Assembly: GCF_001194135.2 (NCBI RefSeq)
Contig: NC_068987.1
Span: 38,517,506-38,560,787 of the forward strand
Direction of reading: 5' to 3'
DNA from: Octopus bimaculoides
Taxonomy: Eukaryota
DNA: 43,282 nucleotides
Part shown: positions 11,951-23,520 of the stretch, one piece after another
How the letters are laid out: each line of letters begins with the position of its first letter
How positions within the stretch are numbered: the first letter of the stretch is position 1
Translations under genes and position numbers: made by a program
The notes under the pieces: model-generated
Seen by the model: only the letters and a program-made list of their open reading frames with translations
What the model was told of the DNA's origin: nothing
Database searches by the model: none

Positions 11951-12789
11951 GCCAGCAGAGGTAGGAGCCTCTGTATTTTAATTTCATAATTAAATAATTA
12001 TGTATTAATTCATCATCATGGTTTCTACAGCTGGATACCTTTCCTAACACCAACCGCTCTGAGAGTATAATGGATGCTTTTGTATGCCACTGGCATGGGT
12101 GCCATTTGCATCACACCAGTATCTGCCGCAACTGTGATTTTACTTGGCTTGATGAGTCTTCTCAAGCACGACATAATACCAAGGTCTTGGGTCATTCATC
12201 ATTGTTTCCATGAGGCCCAACACGCAAAAGGAGTTTTTCACATGCCACCAGCATCATCCACTTTGCCTCCATGTGGCCCAATGCTTGGAAGGTGCTTTTT
12301 ATATGCCAGTTACATGACACCAGCATCGGCCACGACTATGATTTCACTTGGCTTGACAGGTCTTCTCAAGTACAGCATATTGCCAAAGGTCTCAATCACT
12401 AGTTATTGCCTCTGTAAAGCCCAAGGTTCAAAGATCATGCTTCACCACCTCATCCAGCAAAGCTAAAAGAACAAGGTCATCAGCATAGAGGAGCTCCCAG
12501 GTGCAGCCTGTCTTGAATCTCTCTATTATTGTCTGGAGGATTATGATGAATAAGAGGGGGCTGAGGACTAATCTTTTATGAACCCCTACTTGTACCCTGA
12601 ATTCTTTACTGTACTCATTGCCATTTCTCACCTTACTGAAAGTGTCCCTGTACATGGCTTGTACAGCTATCACCAACCACTCATCTATTCCTTGTTTCCT
12701 CATTGACCACTAGATAAAGGATTGGGGGACCCAGTCAAAGGCTTTCTTGAAGTCAACAAAAGCCAAGTACTGAGTTTTATCTTTGGCTA

Positions 12790-14068
12790 TGTTTTGGGTC
12801 ATCCCATAAATAATGCAGTTCTTTTCAATTGCATGAACTAAAAGTCGGAGTGGGACGAGATAAACTACCTGCATCAACTTGCTATTTATAGCAGGTAGTA
12901 ATTTTACCTTGTCTTTATTCTTAGTGCAAGTTTTGAAGAGTGCCGTTCGATTTTAAGAGTTATTTTTTCAAAACTGTAATGGAAGTGACAAAGGGGCATA
13001 TTCAGCATATTTTGCTTTATGTATTCAATAAAAGCAACAACGCAACAAAAAGTGCAAGGAATATTAATGCAGTATATGGGGATCAGACACTAAGCATAAG
13101 CCAGTGTCAATGGTGGTTTCAGAAATTCAAAACCAGAAACTACAGCTTAGAAGTTGAGCCTCATCCTGGAAGATCTGTAGAACTCAACAAACCCTGGCGG
13201 AACAAAATCTCATCGTAACTGTTGAGGAACTAGCAGAGAAGCTTGGATTTGGTCATTCCACCATACATTGACACCTGCGTGCCATCAGAAAAGTCAGCAA
13301 ATTGGGTGAATGAATTCCTCACAATTTTTCAAGTCTAATCATGTACAGAGCGTGAATGTGTGCTCTTCTTTGCTGTCACGTCTCACAAATAAACCTTTTT
13401 TGTGGGACTGAATAATGACTGGTGATGAGAAATGAGTTCCCTATAAAAATGTCAAGCACCAAAGACAATGGGTAGGGAAAGGAGAAAAACTGGCACCCCA
13501 GGCTAAAGAAGGTCTTCACCCACATAAGGTGTCATAATACGTTTGGTGGGACATGAAAGGTTTAGTCCACTTTGAACTTTTAAACCCAAACCAAATGATA
13601 ACAAAGGAGATCTACTGCAAGCAGCTTAAGTGAGCACTAAAAGAAAAACAACCATCTTTGGTTTCAAGACGAAAGGTGTTCTTCCATCAGTATAATGCTT
13701 GGCCACATACAGACATACAGCAAGGATGACATTCCAAAGGCTAAAGCAGTTTGAATGGGAAACGATGCCCCACCCACCATATTCATCGGACATTGACCCA
13801 TCTGATTATCATTTATTCCACAGTCTTCAAAATCATTTGAACAGAAAAAATATGAATTCTATAGACTAGGTGAGAACAGTACTGGAGGAGTATTTTTCAT
13901 CAAAGACAAGTTAATTTTGAAAGAGAGGCCTTGCAAGTCTACAAGAAAGATGGAAGAGCATTGTAGAAAATGAAGGAGAGTATATTTCAGACAAAAAAAG
14001 AACTTTGTTTATCTTAATTTTGAAAAGTAAAAGAAGTGTAAAAAAACATTAATTATGGAATGACCAAA
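12790..14068 (+). mobile_element. Full-length (~1.28 kb) mariner with both TIRs and TA duplication
   Basis: TTGGGTCATCCCATAAAT...AATTATGGAATGACCAAA; TA at 12788-12789 and 14069-14070. Confidence 0.92.
12979..13990 (+). pseudogene. Mariner transposase pseudogene
   Basis: MEVTKGHIQHILLYVF...QWWFQKF N-terminus; decayed MTGDE and HPPYSSDIDPSDYHLF motifs; WKSIVENEGEY C-terminus; many stops. Confidence 0.9.
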
Positions 14069-15011
14069 TATTTCTTCTGCAACTGCCTTACCAGAAATAT
14101 AGCATCAGTGGTGCTTTTCCCTGACACAAACCCAACCTGCATTTCATCGAAACTAACTCTCTCCCTAATTAGTTGGGCTATGACCCTCTCCGTAACTTTC
14201 ATCACTTGATCCAACAATTTGACACCTCTGTAATTATTTCTGTCTAAGGCCGTGATTCCCAACGAGGGTAATATTTTGGTGGGGCATGGTAACATTTTGG
14301 TGAGGTATCCGTAGAATTATGCTGAATTTTTATACCTTTTGTACACGTTTAGTACACCAATAGAGAAAGGGGACAATTTGAGAATGAGTTTTTAAATAAA
14401 AAAAATTCTTTACATCCCTTCTGTGGATGATATCACGAAAGAGGGAACAGATTATTTCCTTTGATTCAGTGGTGTGTGTGGTGTTTGTATGTGTGTGCAT
14501 GTGCATGCATGTATGTAGTATAGAATTGGTCAGTACTGAAAGCAAAGCCATCTTAATTCCCTATGGAGAAATAAACTGGAGACAGACTTATGTGTGCAGG
14601 TGTGTCTAAGAGTATTAACTCTTATCTCTGACGACAGTGAGGGATGAAAGAATTGAATGGGTTGAAATGGAGTGGAAGTAAGAGGTAGTAACAGTGAAGG
14701 AAGAGAAAGAGGCAGAAAGAGAGAGGACAGATAGAAGGACAGACATAGAGAGAGAGAGAGAGAGAGAGATTTATGGTACTGGTAATGCAAACATATACAC
14801 ACGTATATATATATATATATGAATAGAGATGAAATTTAACAGGTCATTTTATTTCCACCTGTCAGTTTGTGAATTCAGCAAAAAGGTAAGAAAAAACTTC
14901 CATCATTGATACAAAGGCTTTTGCAGCTGAGAAGATACACGGAGTACTTTTTTGTTTCTTTTTGAGCATATTTTCTGAAAGTTTATACTGAAATCTTTTT
15001 GAAGATTCAAA

Positions 15012-16147
15012 GGCATAACTACAGATTTCCGGGAACTGAAAAGATCCGATTTCTGCACCTCCCCAACTTTGGATGATCATAACTTTCAGAAAAATAGATA
15101 TTTTTTAATGAAATTGTCTACAAATATGTGTTATATCATGTAAATTCGAATATACAGCATTTGGAGGGGGAGTTTTTTAGGAGGAGTTAGTGTGGGGAAT
15201 TTCAGAAAATTCACTAGAGTCCAATTCATCTTAACTTTCAAGAAAATGGATATTTTTTAATGAAATTCTCTACAAATATACCTCAGACTATGTAGATTCT
15301 GAGAACATAGGAATTTTAGGGGAAAACAATAGGGGGCTAATTTTGAGAACTGTTCCCCACTCACAGGTGTTTCTGAACAAGTTGTCCATATTTGTTTCAT
15401 TTTCTCCGGTTGTGCATCCGTAGATTTCTACTGAAGCAATAAATGGACAATGAAGGCAAATGAAGCACTCACCAGAAAACTCGTTATGCTAAAATTAACA
15501 GCTAAAGGTCTGGTACACAGAAATATGTTATTAAGACGACTTATCTGTTGCATACGATTTTTTTTTCACTTTAAGTAAATTTCCAGGTAAACGTTTCTAA
15601 TAGAAAGGCAGAAGACACCAGAAGCAAAAATAAGAAATATACACACACAGTTAAACATAAAAGTGTAAAGTATAATTTGTTACATAATCTCTATAATAAA
15701 CACTAAATTGAATGGAATAATTCCCCGGTTAAACTTTTTTAATTACATGTGTGTGTGTGTGTGAGAGAGACAATGAAACAAATATGGATGACTTGTTCAG
15801 AAACACCTGCTAGTGGGGAACAGTTCTCAAAAATAGCCCCCAATTGTTTTCCTCTAAAATTCCCATGTCCTCGAAATCTACATAGTCTGAGGTATAATTG
15901 TAGAGAATTTCATTTAAAAATATCCATTTTCTTGAAAGTTAAGACAAATTGAAGTGGACTCCGGTGAATTTCCCGAAATTCCCCACGCCAACCCCTCCTA
16001 AAATACTTACCCACCCGCCAAAAAATTTGTATATTCGGAATCTACATGATATAACACATATTCATAGACAATTTCATTAAAAATATCCAATTTTTTTTAA
16101 AGTTATAATCATCAAAAGTTGGGAGCACAGAAATCTGTAGTTATGCC
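15012..16147. mobile_element. Fold-back / non-autonomous DNA element with ~380-bp inverted arms (15012-15400, 15773-16147), superfamily unassigned
   Basis: Arms align in reverse complement and each carries an internal repeat of ~150-bp period (GATATTTTTTAATGAAATT). No TSD resolved. Confidence 0.7.
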
Positions 16148-16337
16148 GATTCAAAAATACAAAAAATGAGTAGTGCAAGTAAAAAAAAGTTCGTCAATAT
16201 TCAGAGGAANNNNNNNNNNCCCCCATTGCTTTTCCCTTTTTGTTTTCATATTCAGTTCCTACACATTTTTTTTTTTAGATCTGTTACACTATATTTTTTT
16301 TTCAGTTTTATATTTAAGAGATGTGGAATTATGTACA

Positions 16338-16484
16338 TTATTTACATTATTTATATTTGACAGATATTTGTCCTCATCTTCCTTTGTTGCTAACACCACG
16401 TTTTGGCTGATATACCCTCCAGCCTTCATCAGGTGTCTTGGGGAAATTTCAAACCTGGATTCTCATTCCTAAGGTATTTTTCGA

Positions 16485-16531
<47 letters not shown>

Positions 16532-16675
16532 TCACTGCCTGGAATTGAACTTGGAATCTTGGGGTTAGTAGGCCGTGCTCTTAACTACTGCACCATATGC
16601 CTGTGGGCATATGGCATAGTGGTTAAGAGCAAGGCCTACTAATCCCAAAATTCCAAGTTCGATTACAGGCAGTGA

Positions 16676-16714
<39 letters not shown>

Positions 16715-16848
16715 CAACATCAAAAAATACCTTAGGAATGAGAACCCAGATTCGAAATTTCCCCAAGCTGGAGGGTATATCAGCTGAAACATTGTGTTAA
16801 CAACAAACAATATGAGGACAAATATCCGTCAAATGTAAATAATGAATA
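16338..16848. mobile_element. Head-to-head palindromic pair of tRNA-derived SINEs with decayed hammerhead motifs in the tails
   Basis: Centre ~16603 (CCATATGCCTGTGGGCATATGG). Right arm has A box TGGCATAGTGG and B box GTTCGATT, then (AAT)n and a tail; the left arm mirrors it. Confidence 0.8.
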
Positions 16849-17016
16849 TTTTTTTTATTTTGTTTCCGGGTAATATGGTAAACATTAACCAAATTTTGAA
16901 TGACAAAAATTAAATATCACAAGGGGGCATCAAGATTTCAGAAATGATTTGGTTGGGCATGGCCAAAAATCGGTTGGAAACCACTGGTGTAAGGTATCAC
17001 CATATATATATATATA

Positions 17017-17320
17017 TCATCATTGTTTAACATCCGCTTTGCATGCTAGCATAGGTTGGACGATTTGACTGAGGACTGGCAAGCCAGAAGGCTGCACCAG
17101 ACTCCAATCTGATCTGGCAGAGTTTCTACAGCTAGATGCCCTTCCTAACACCAACCACTCAGAGAGTGTAGTGAGTGCTTTTACATGCCACCGGCACGAA
17201 GGCCAGTCACATGGTACTGGCAATGGCCACTCTCAAAAAGGTGTTTTTTATGTGCCACCTGCATGGGAGCCAGTCTTGCAGCACTGGCAACGACCTCACT
17301 CAAATGACTTTCTAACGTGC
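17017..17320 (-). mobile_element. RTE 3' UTR fragment
   Basis: Reverse complement of the shared RTE tail. Confidence 0.85.
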
Positions 17321-17365
<45 letters not shown>

Positions 17366-17370
17366 GTATA

Positions 17371-17470
17371 NNNNNNNNNNNNNNNNNNNNNNNNNNNNNN
17401 NNNNNNNNNNNNNNNNNNNNNNNNNNNNNNNNNNNNNNNNNNNNNNNNNNNNNNNNNNNNNNNNNNNNNN
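17371..17470. other. Assembly gap (N run)
   Basis: N characters. Confidence 1.
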
Positions 17471-17514
<44 letters not shown>

Positions 17515-19050
17515 ACAGAATCTCCCATAACTAGACACCAATATCTAAGCATTATCCAAGCCTAATTAGATTACCTATGAAGAAAGACCAATACTAATGT
17601 AAGTTTCCTCTCAAACTATTATTCCAAAAACATTTTCCACTTTACAAGAATGGACAACTCAGGATAATCAGACTAAGATATAAGATATTTCCAATGAAGC
17701 ACAACCAATGTGTATTTCCCATCATAAGCAGCCAATTGGATATCACATGGTTTCGACACTTGGAGGTGTCAGTAGTGTTAGAAATATAAATACTGACTGG
17801 TAATCCACCTGTTTATTACTACTAATAACAATGTCAAAGTGAACAAATAGTATTAACTTATAGTTACATTAGAATACTTATAAAACAAATTACATATTTC
17901 AAAACAAACATTCAGACAATATATACATTACTAGAAACTTTGTTTCTCAATCTACATCACATCACAAATATATCACACCAAAAACAAGCCTAATAAAAAC
18001 TAGTGGAACAGTATATTTCATACGCAACCTCCTCAATGTACAAGGAAAAGGACAAGATTACATCAATATCAAATAAATTGCTTGTTAAAAGAAAAACAAT
18101 AAAAAAGGGGATTATAATTAAATTTTAAAAAATTATATATATAAATACATATAAACATCTGTAACTAAAACAACTAATAACACATCCTAACCACAAAGTG
18201 ACTAAATTATACATTATAATTAATCAGCCAATGAGCTTGTTACTTGGGAGCAACTTAAATTATGCTTAACTATAAACGAATAAATATGTAGTTTAAAACA
18301 ACATTATACACTTAAAAATTATAATCATTGAAAACAACTAAAACAAAAACATACTAACAAAATTATTTCACATATAATAAAACCTCACATGCTGCAGAGA
18401 AATTAGCAGAAACCATTTTCATATTTTAGTCCTATACTGCCAAAAAACAAAAAACTGATATCTGTCAACAGGCAGGAGTTGGTCCCAAATACAGTGAATG
18501 ACAGATACCCAGAAGAAGTGGAAGAGACATTATACATAACAGTAAATGACAAACCAACCCCTAAAACCTCTAAACTGAATTAAGCCCAACTAGTTAAACA
18601 ACTAACATTCCTTTCAATTTCAATCTCAACTGTAAACTTAAAGATTATTCCATGCTTTCTCAAAATCCCACAGTATTTCCCTATACAATAGTTAAAACAT
18701 TTAACCAACATTTTACTACTGCAACATGGGTTTTCGATGTGCACCTTTAACATATCAATTCTCTTTAAAAACATTTCAATTTTATTTATAAGTTCACCGT
18801 ATCTAATGGCCTGACTAGAAAACACATTATAACCCATTCAAAAAAGAAATTCTACTATCCACCCAAGGCAACGATGCAATGTAGAAATTAAAACAATCAG
18901 TGTTGTTATTAATACCCATCTTGATCTTAACCATCTGCTCAATCTAATCTCACATCTGAATAGTTAACCTCTTTTATGGAGTCACCATATCTAGTTGCTA
19001 TGAAATCCACCGGATATGTTTTTCCCACAAAATATTCAAAATACCTATAG

Positions 19051-19564
19051 ACATCCCCGGAAGACCTGGGCTGAGGTGGTGAGGCAAGACCTTCGTACAT
19101 TGGGCCTCACCGAGGCGATGACTACGGACCGAGACCTTTGGAAATGTGCTGTGCGTGAGAAGACCCGGCAAGCCAAGTAAGATCGTTGCCAGTGCCCCTG
19201 GACTGGTTCTTGTGCGGGTGGCACATGAGATGCACCATTTTGAGCGTGGCCGTTGCCAGTACCGTCTGACTGGCTCCTGTAGGATTTTCGAGCGAGATCG
19301 TTGCCAGTGCCCCTGGACTGGCTTGTGCGGGTGGCACATAAAAGACACCATTTTGAGCGTGGCCGTTTTCGTGCGGGTGACACGTAAAAGCACCCACTAC
19401 ACTCTCTGAGTGGTTGGCGTTAGGAAGGGCATCCAGCTGTAGAAACTCTGCCAAATCAGACTGGAGCCTGGTGTTGCCATCCGGTTTCACCAGTCCTCAG
19501 TCAAATCGTCCAACCCATGCTAGCATGGAAAGCGGACATTAAACGATGATGATGATGATGATGA
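19051..19564 (+). mobile_element. RTE LINE 3' fragment with tandem sub-repeats in the UTR and (GAT)n tail
   Basis: PRKTWAEVVRQDLRTLGLTEAMTTDRDLWKCAVREKTRQAK*, then a ~115-bp unit repeated (from ~19181 and ~19296). Confidence 0.9.
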
Positions 19565-20095
19565 TCCACTGAGTTGCTTGACTAATCTACTTTTTTCCTT
19601 TCTTTGGTATACATCAATGAGGAAGTTGAACTCACATGAAGATTAATACAAATCCACTAACAAAGAGCTACTATTACTACCCATTAGAATCCCCTTAATT
19701 TGTCTAAAAACATTCCCAGCAAATGTAATGTATGCATTATTGATGATAAACTAACCATCTATCTTCCTTAAGTCTACTTTTACTAAAACATGTATAAACA
19801 TTATGTACACATTGACAAAAATCTTTCAACATTTCTAATAGGTTTATCAATTATACTAAGTACACTTTTTCCACTCTTTTCAAATGCAGATTAGTATACA
19901 GTGTAGAAAAATCATATGCTTGCATAGTCCCAATTGCTTTGACTCTTTATGGTTTGCTTTAAAATTATTTCAGAATTGCTAAAATTCATTCACAGTAGCT
20001 CCTCATAAAGTACAACCTAACCAAGTTTAAAGTTTCATTAATCAATAACAATAGCTGTTTGTTAATATATATGTATATGTGTATGTGTGTGTGTA

Positions 20096-20360
20096 TGGAC
20101 TGGCTCTTGTGCGGGTGGCACATACAATGCACCATTTTGAGCGTGGCCATTGCCAGTACCACCTGACTGGCCTTCGTGCCGGTGGCACGTAAAAGCACCC
20201 ACTACACTCTCTGAGTGGTTGGCATTAGGGAGGGCATCAGCTGTAGAAACTCTGCCAAATCCGATTGGAGCCTGGTGTAGCCATCTGGTTTCACCAGTCC
20301 TCAGTCAAATCGTCCAACCCATGCTAGCATGGAAAGCGGACGTTAAACGACGATGATGAT
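20096..20360 (+). mobile_element. RTE 3' UTR fragment
   Basis: Homologous to 19300-19564. Confidence 0.85.
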
Positions 20361-20472
20361 ATACACATATATATTATTATTGTTATTATTATTTTCATTA
20401 GCATTTTTCAATTCTGTTTACATTTCTTGCTGGTGTCTTCCTGACACCTAGGGCAGAGAAACACACAGTATA

Positions 20473-21074
20473 NNNNNNNNNNNNNNNNNNNNNNNNNNNN
20501 NNNNNNNNNNNNNNNNNNNNNNNNNNNNNNNNNNNNNNNNNNNNNNNNNNNNNNNNNNNNNNNNNNNNNNNNNNNNNNNNNNNNNNNNNNNNNNNNNNNN
20601 NNNNNNNNNNNNNNNNNNNNNNNNNNNNNNNNNNNNNNNNNNNNNNNNNNNNNNNNNNNNNNNNNNNNNNNNNNNNNNNNNNNNNNNNNNNNNNNNNNNN
20701 NNNNNNNNNNNNNNNNNNNNNNNNNNNNNNNNNNNNNNNNNNNNNNNNNNNNNNNNNNNNNNNNNNNNNNNNNNNNNNNNNNNNNNNNNNNNNNNNNNNN
20801 NNNNNNNNNNNNNNNNNNNNNNNNNNNNNNNNNNNNNNNNNNNNNNNNNNNNNNNNNNNNNNNNNNNNNNNNNNNNNNNNNNNNNNNNNNNNNNNNNNNN
20901 NNNNNNNNNNNNNNNNNNNNNNNNNNNNNNNNNNNNNNNNNNNNNNNNNNNNNNNNNNNNNNNNNNNNNNNNNNNNNNNNNNNNNNNNNNNNNNNNNNNN
21001 NNNNNNNNNNNNNNNNNNNNNNNNNNNNNNNNNNNNNNNNNNNNNNNNNNNNNNNNNNNNNNNNNNNNNNNNNN
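20473..21074. other. Assembly gap (N run)
   Basis: N characters. Confidence 1.
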
Positions 21075-21279
21075 GTGTGTGTGTTCTGTGTGAATGTTTG
21101 TGTCTTGTGGACTTTTATATACAGAAGTGCTTAGCAGTCAGTGGCAGTTGCTATTTCTTTACCAACAAATTGCTTGTTGGTTATATGTTTTGAAAGGTGT
21201 ATAAAATAAGAGATCTTTTACTTGAAAAACAACTAAAGGCTAGTAACATTAGTGGCATCCAGCTGTAAATACCTCGGTA

Positions 21280-21337
<58 letters not shown>

Positions 21338-21384
21338 CCATTCATGCTAGCATACAAAAAATATATATATATATTTATACTTAT

Positions 21385-21800
21385 AGGTTAAACTAGCCTC
21401 ATTAAGGGATAATAATATCCAATGAATTACTATTCATTGCCTTGTATTTTTGGTGAATAGTAATATTCATAACATAATTGGTCTAAATATAAATCTTGGT
21501 TTATAAACATTCAAAAGAAAATTTAGAAAATAGAGATGCAGCATTAATATGATTTATTAACTGCAAAAATCAAACATATTCTCTTACAGCTGTTTCAATT
21601 TAAACTAAAAATTAATTTACAATAATGAAAACATTGTATTAGGCAAAATCTCATCAGAGAGGTAGAAAAAATATACTGTTAGTTTATTAGGTGTTGTGTT
21701 TTCAAATCATTTCAGCTGAGATGGTTCAAAAACACAACACCTAATAACCTAACGGTATATTTTATTCTACCCCTGTGATGAGATTTTGCCTAATACAATG
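21385..21800 (-). mobile_element. PLE pseudo-LTR-like fragment with a terminal fold-back (21632-21800)
   Basis: Same hammerhead type as 5752 (GAAACAGCTGTA) plus an adjoining inverted duplication. No ORF present, so the PLE assignment is inferred. Confidence 0.6.
21581..21661 (-). ncRNA. Minimal type I hammerhead ribozyme motif, catalytic core intact
   Basis: Minus strand: CTCT-CTGATGA-GATTT..(AT-rich loop)..AAATT-GAAA-CAGCTG-TA-AGAG. Confidence 0.8.
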
Positions 21801-21824
21801 ATATATTAATGCTACAATGATATA

Positions 21825-22132
21825 TAAATGCTTATGATCGTGAGGTTGTGAGTTCGATTCCTGGACCGGGCTGCATGTTGTGTTCTTGAGCAAGACACTT
21901 TATTCATGTAGCTCCAGTTCACTCAGCTGTAGAAATGAGCTGTGACATCACTGGTGCCAAGCTGTATCAGCCTTTGCCTTTCCCTTGGATAACATCGGTG
22001 ACGTGGAGAGGGGAGGCTGGTATGCATGGGTGACTGCTGCTCTTCCATAAACAACCTTGCCCAGATTTGTGCCTCAGAGGGTAACTTTCTAGGTGCAATT
22101 CATTCATGATCAAAGGGGGTCACAACACAACA

Positions 22133-22135
<3 letters not shown>
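21825..22135 (+). mobile_element. tRNA-derived SINE, 5'-truncated (Deu/Nin-like central domain suspected)
   Basis: B box GAGTTCGATTCC, then TTGAGCAAGACACTT and CCAGTTCACTCAGCTGTAGAAATGAG. Confidence 0.65.
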
Positions 22136-22171
<36 letters not shown>

Positions 22172-22269
22172 TGTGGAAGAAATTTATTCAATACTTAAGG
22201 TGAAATAGCTGGATTGATAAGGTATTAGACTATTAAAGTTTAGTTTGTGAGTTCAAATGAATGAATTTT

Positions 22270-22945
22270 TTTTTTTTTTCTTTGTCTACTTCCATTTTGT
22301 TCAGCCTATTCTAGTATTTGCCATACAGAAGCCTTTCTTGTCCTTGCTTTATCATGGCATCTGTAGTCCCAGTTTTAGCTTAGATTTTAGCTGCTTTACA
22401 GTTTTTATTGTTTTTTTTCTTTTTCTTCTTAGCTATTAGTTATGAATCACTGCTTTGCATGTGATCATAATACATTTATGGGAAGTTAAACTATGCTTCA
22501 GTTTACCTTTCCATAAATAGGTATCAGATTATCCAAGAATGAAACTGTAATCCTATTTCAGAGGTAATTTTTCTCTCATTTGTATCATGGAAATTTAAAA
22601 AAAAAGAATAGTTGATATGACAAAAATATCTGATTCAGAATAAAGGAAAAGTGCTACAAAACATAAACAAAAAATTTTTTCTGTTTTCAAGGAAGCTGAC
22701 AAAACACAAAAGAATGCTTGTAATAAATAACTCCTAAATAATTCCTAACTATGGGTATTTTGAATATGTATTATGATCACTGCTAAGAAGGAAAAAAAAC
22801 TGTAAAGCTGCTAAAATCTATGCTAAAACTGAATCTACAGAATGCCATGATAAAGCAATGATAAAGCAATGACAAGAAAAGCTTCATGACAAATACTGGA
22901 ATAAGCTCTGTACAGAATGGAAATAGTGAAAAAAAAAAAAAAAAC
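22270..22945. repeat. Diverged fold-back, ~200-bp imperfect inverted arms (~22270-22470 / ~22735-22945)
   Basis: For example GAAGCCTTTCTTGTCCTTGCTTTATCATGGCAT...GCTTTACAG matches the reverse complement of 22800-22885. Confidence 0.8.
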
Positions 22946-22984
22946 TAGCTGAGAAACACTATGCTCAGAGTAATGACTGAAGGA

Positions 22985-23520
22985 TTCTTAATACGGGAAC
23001 AAGATGAAGCCTCTTCATCAGAAACCACTAAATACATAATGAAGCAGAGTACAGTAACTGCAGAATATGTGCTGATGAAGAAGAAACAATAAATAGTATT
23101 GTCTATGGCTGTCTACTTTTGGCCAAGAAAGAATATATCCACAAATATGAAAGCGTTGGGACTTACATACACTGAAAATTGTGTCAGTACTACAGAATGC
23201 TAACAGAAAAGAGATGGTATGGACACACTCCAGAAAAAAATTCATAAAATCTGGAATATCTCAATACGTACAGATTGGAAATCAAGGTCTATCAACCACA
23301 TATTGTTGTCAAGAAAGAAATGCCTCCTAATTAACATATCAGCCCCAACAGATGACAATTTATCTTTAAAAGAAATGGTATAACTACCAGAATATGAAGA
23401 TCTGGAAATAGAAATAAATTAAATGTAGGGCATGAAAACAGACAATCCTCAGGTGCTTTGAAAATGATCAAAAAACATGCAAACAACTCGTATCCCTCAT
23501 TATTTCTCAGCAAGCTAATA
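22985..23520 (+). mobile_element. R4/Dong-like (RLE-type) non-LTR retrotransposon C-terminal remnant
   Basis: CRICADEEETINSIVYGCLLLAKKEY...IH*KLC, RWYGHTPE, KCLLINISAPTDDNLSLKE and EYEDLEIEI: zinc-knuckle plus restriction-like endonuclease pattern. Confidence 0.75.

Larger units (their letters stand above)
12013..14295 (-). mobile_element. RTE LINE fragment (RT domain, internal deletion, 3' UTR) split by a mariner insertion
   Basis: 14295-14070 NYRGVKLL...GFVSGKSTTDAIFLVRQLQKKY continues at 12789 as AKDKTQYLAFVDFKKAFD...GVHK..VLSPLLF...LYADDLVL. Confidence 0.92.

Noticed and set aside
14843-14886. Plus-strand micro-exon ending in a strong AAG/GTAAGA donor
   Set aside because: Isolated, with no consistent partner exons; such sites occur by chance in AT-rich DNA.
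16605-16680. tRNA gene
   Set aside because: A and B boxes are present but the acceptor stem and 3' end are replaced by SINE body; treated as a SINE head.
16860-16986. hAT-like MITE end (GGTTGGAAACCACTG)
   Set aside because: Only one terminus found; no partner TIR or TSD, which may be lost near the 16210 gap.
23072-23090. CTGATGAAGAAGAAAC hammerhead-like string
   Set aside because: No stem II or stem I; it is simply the codons for ADEEET in the R4-like remnant.
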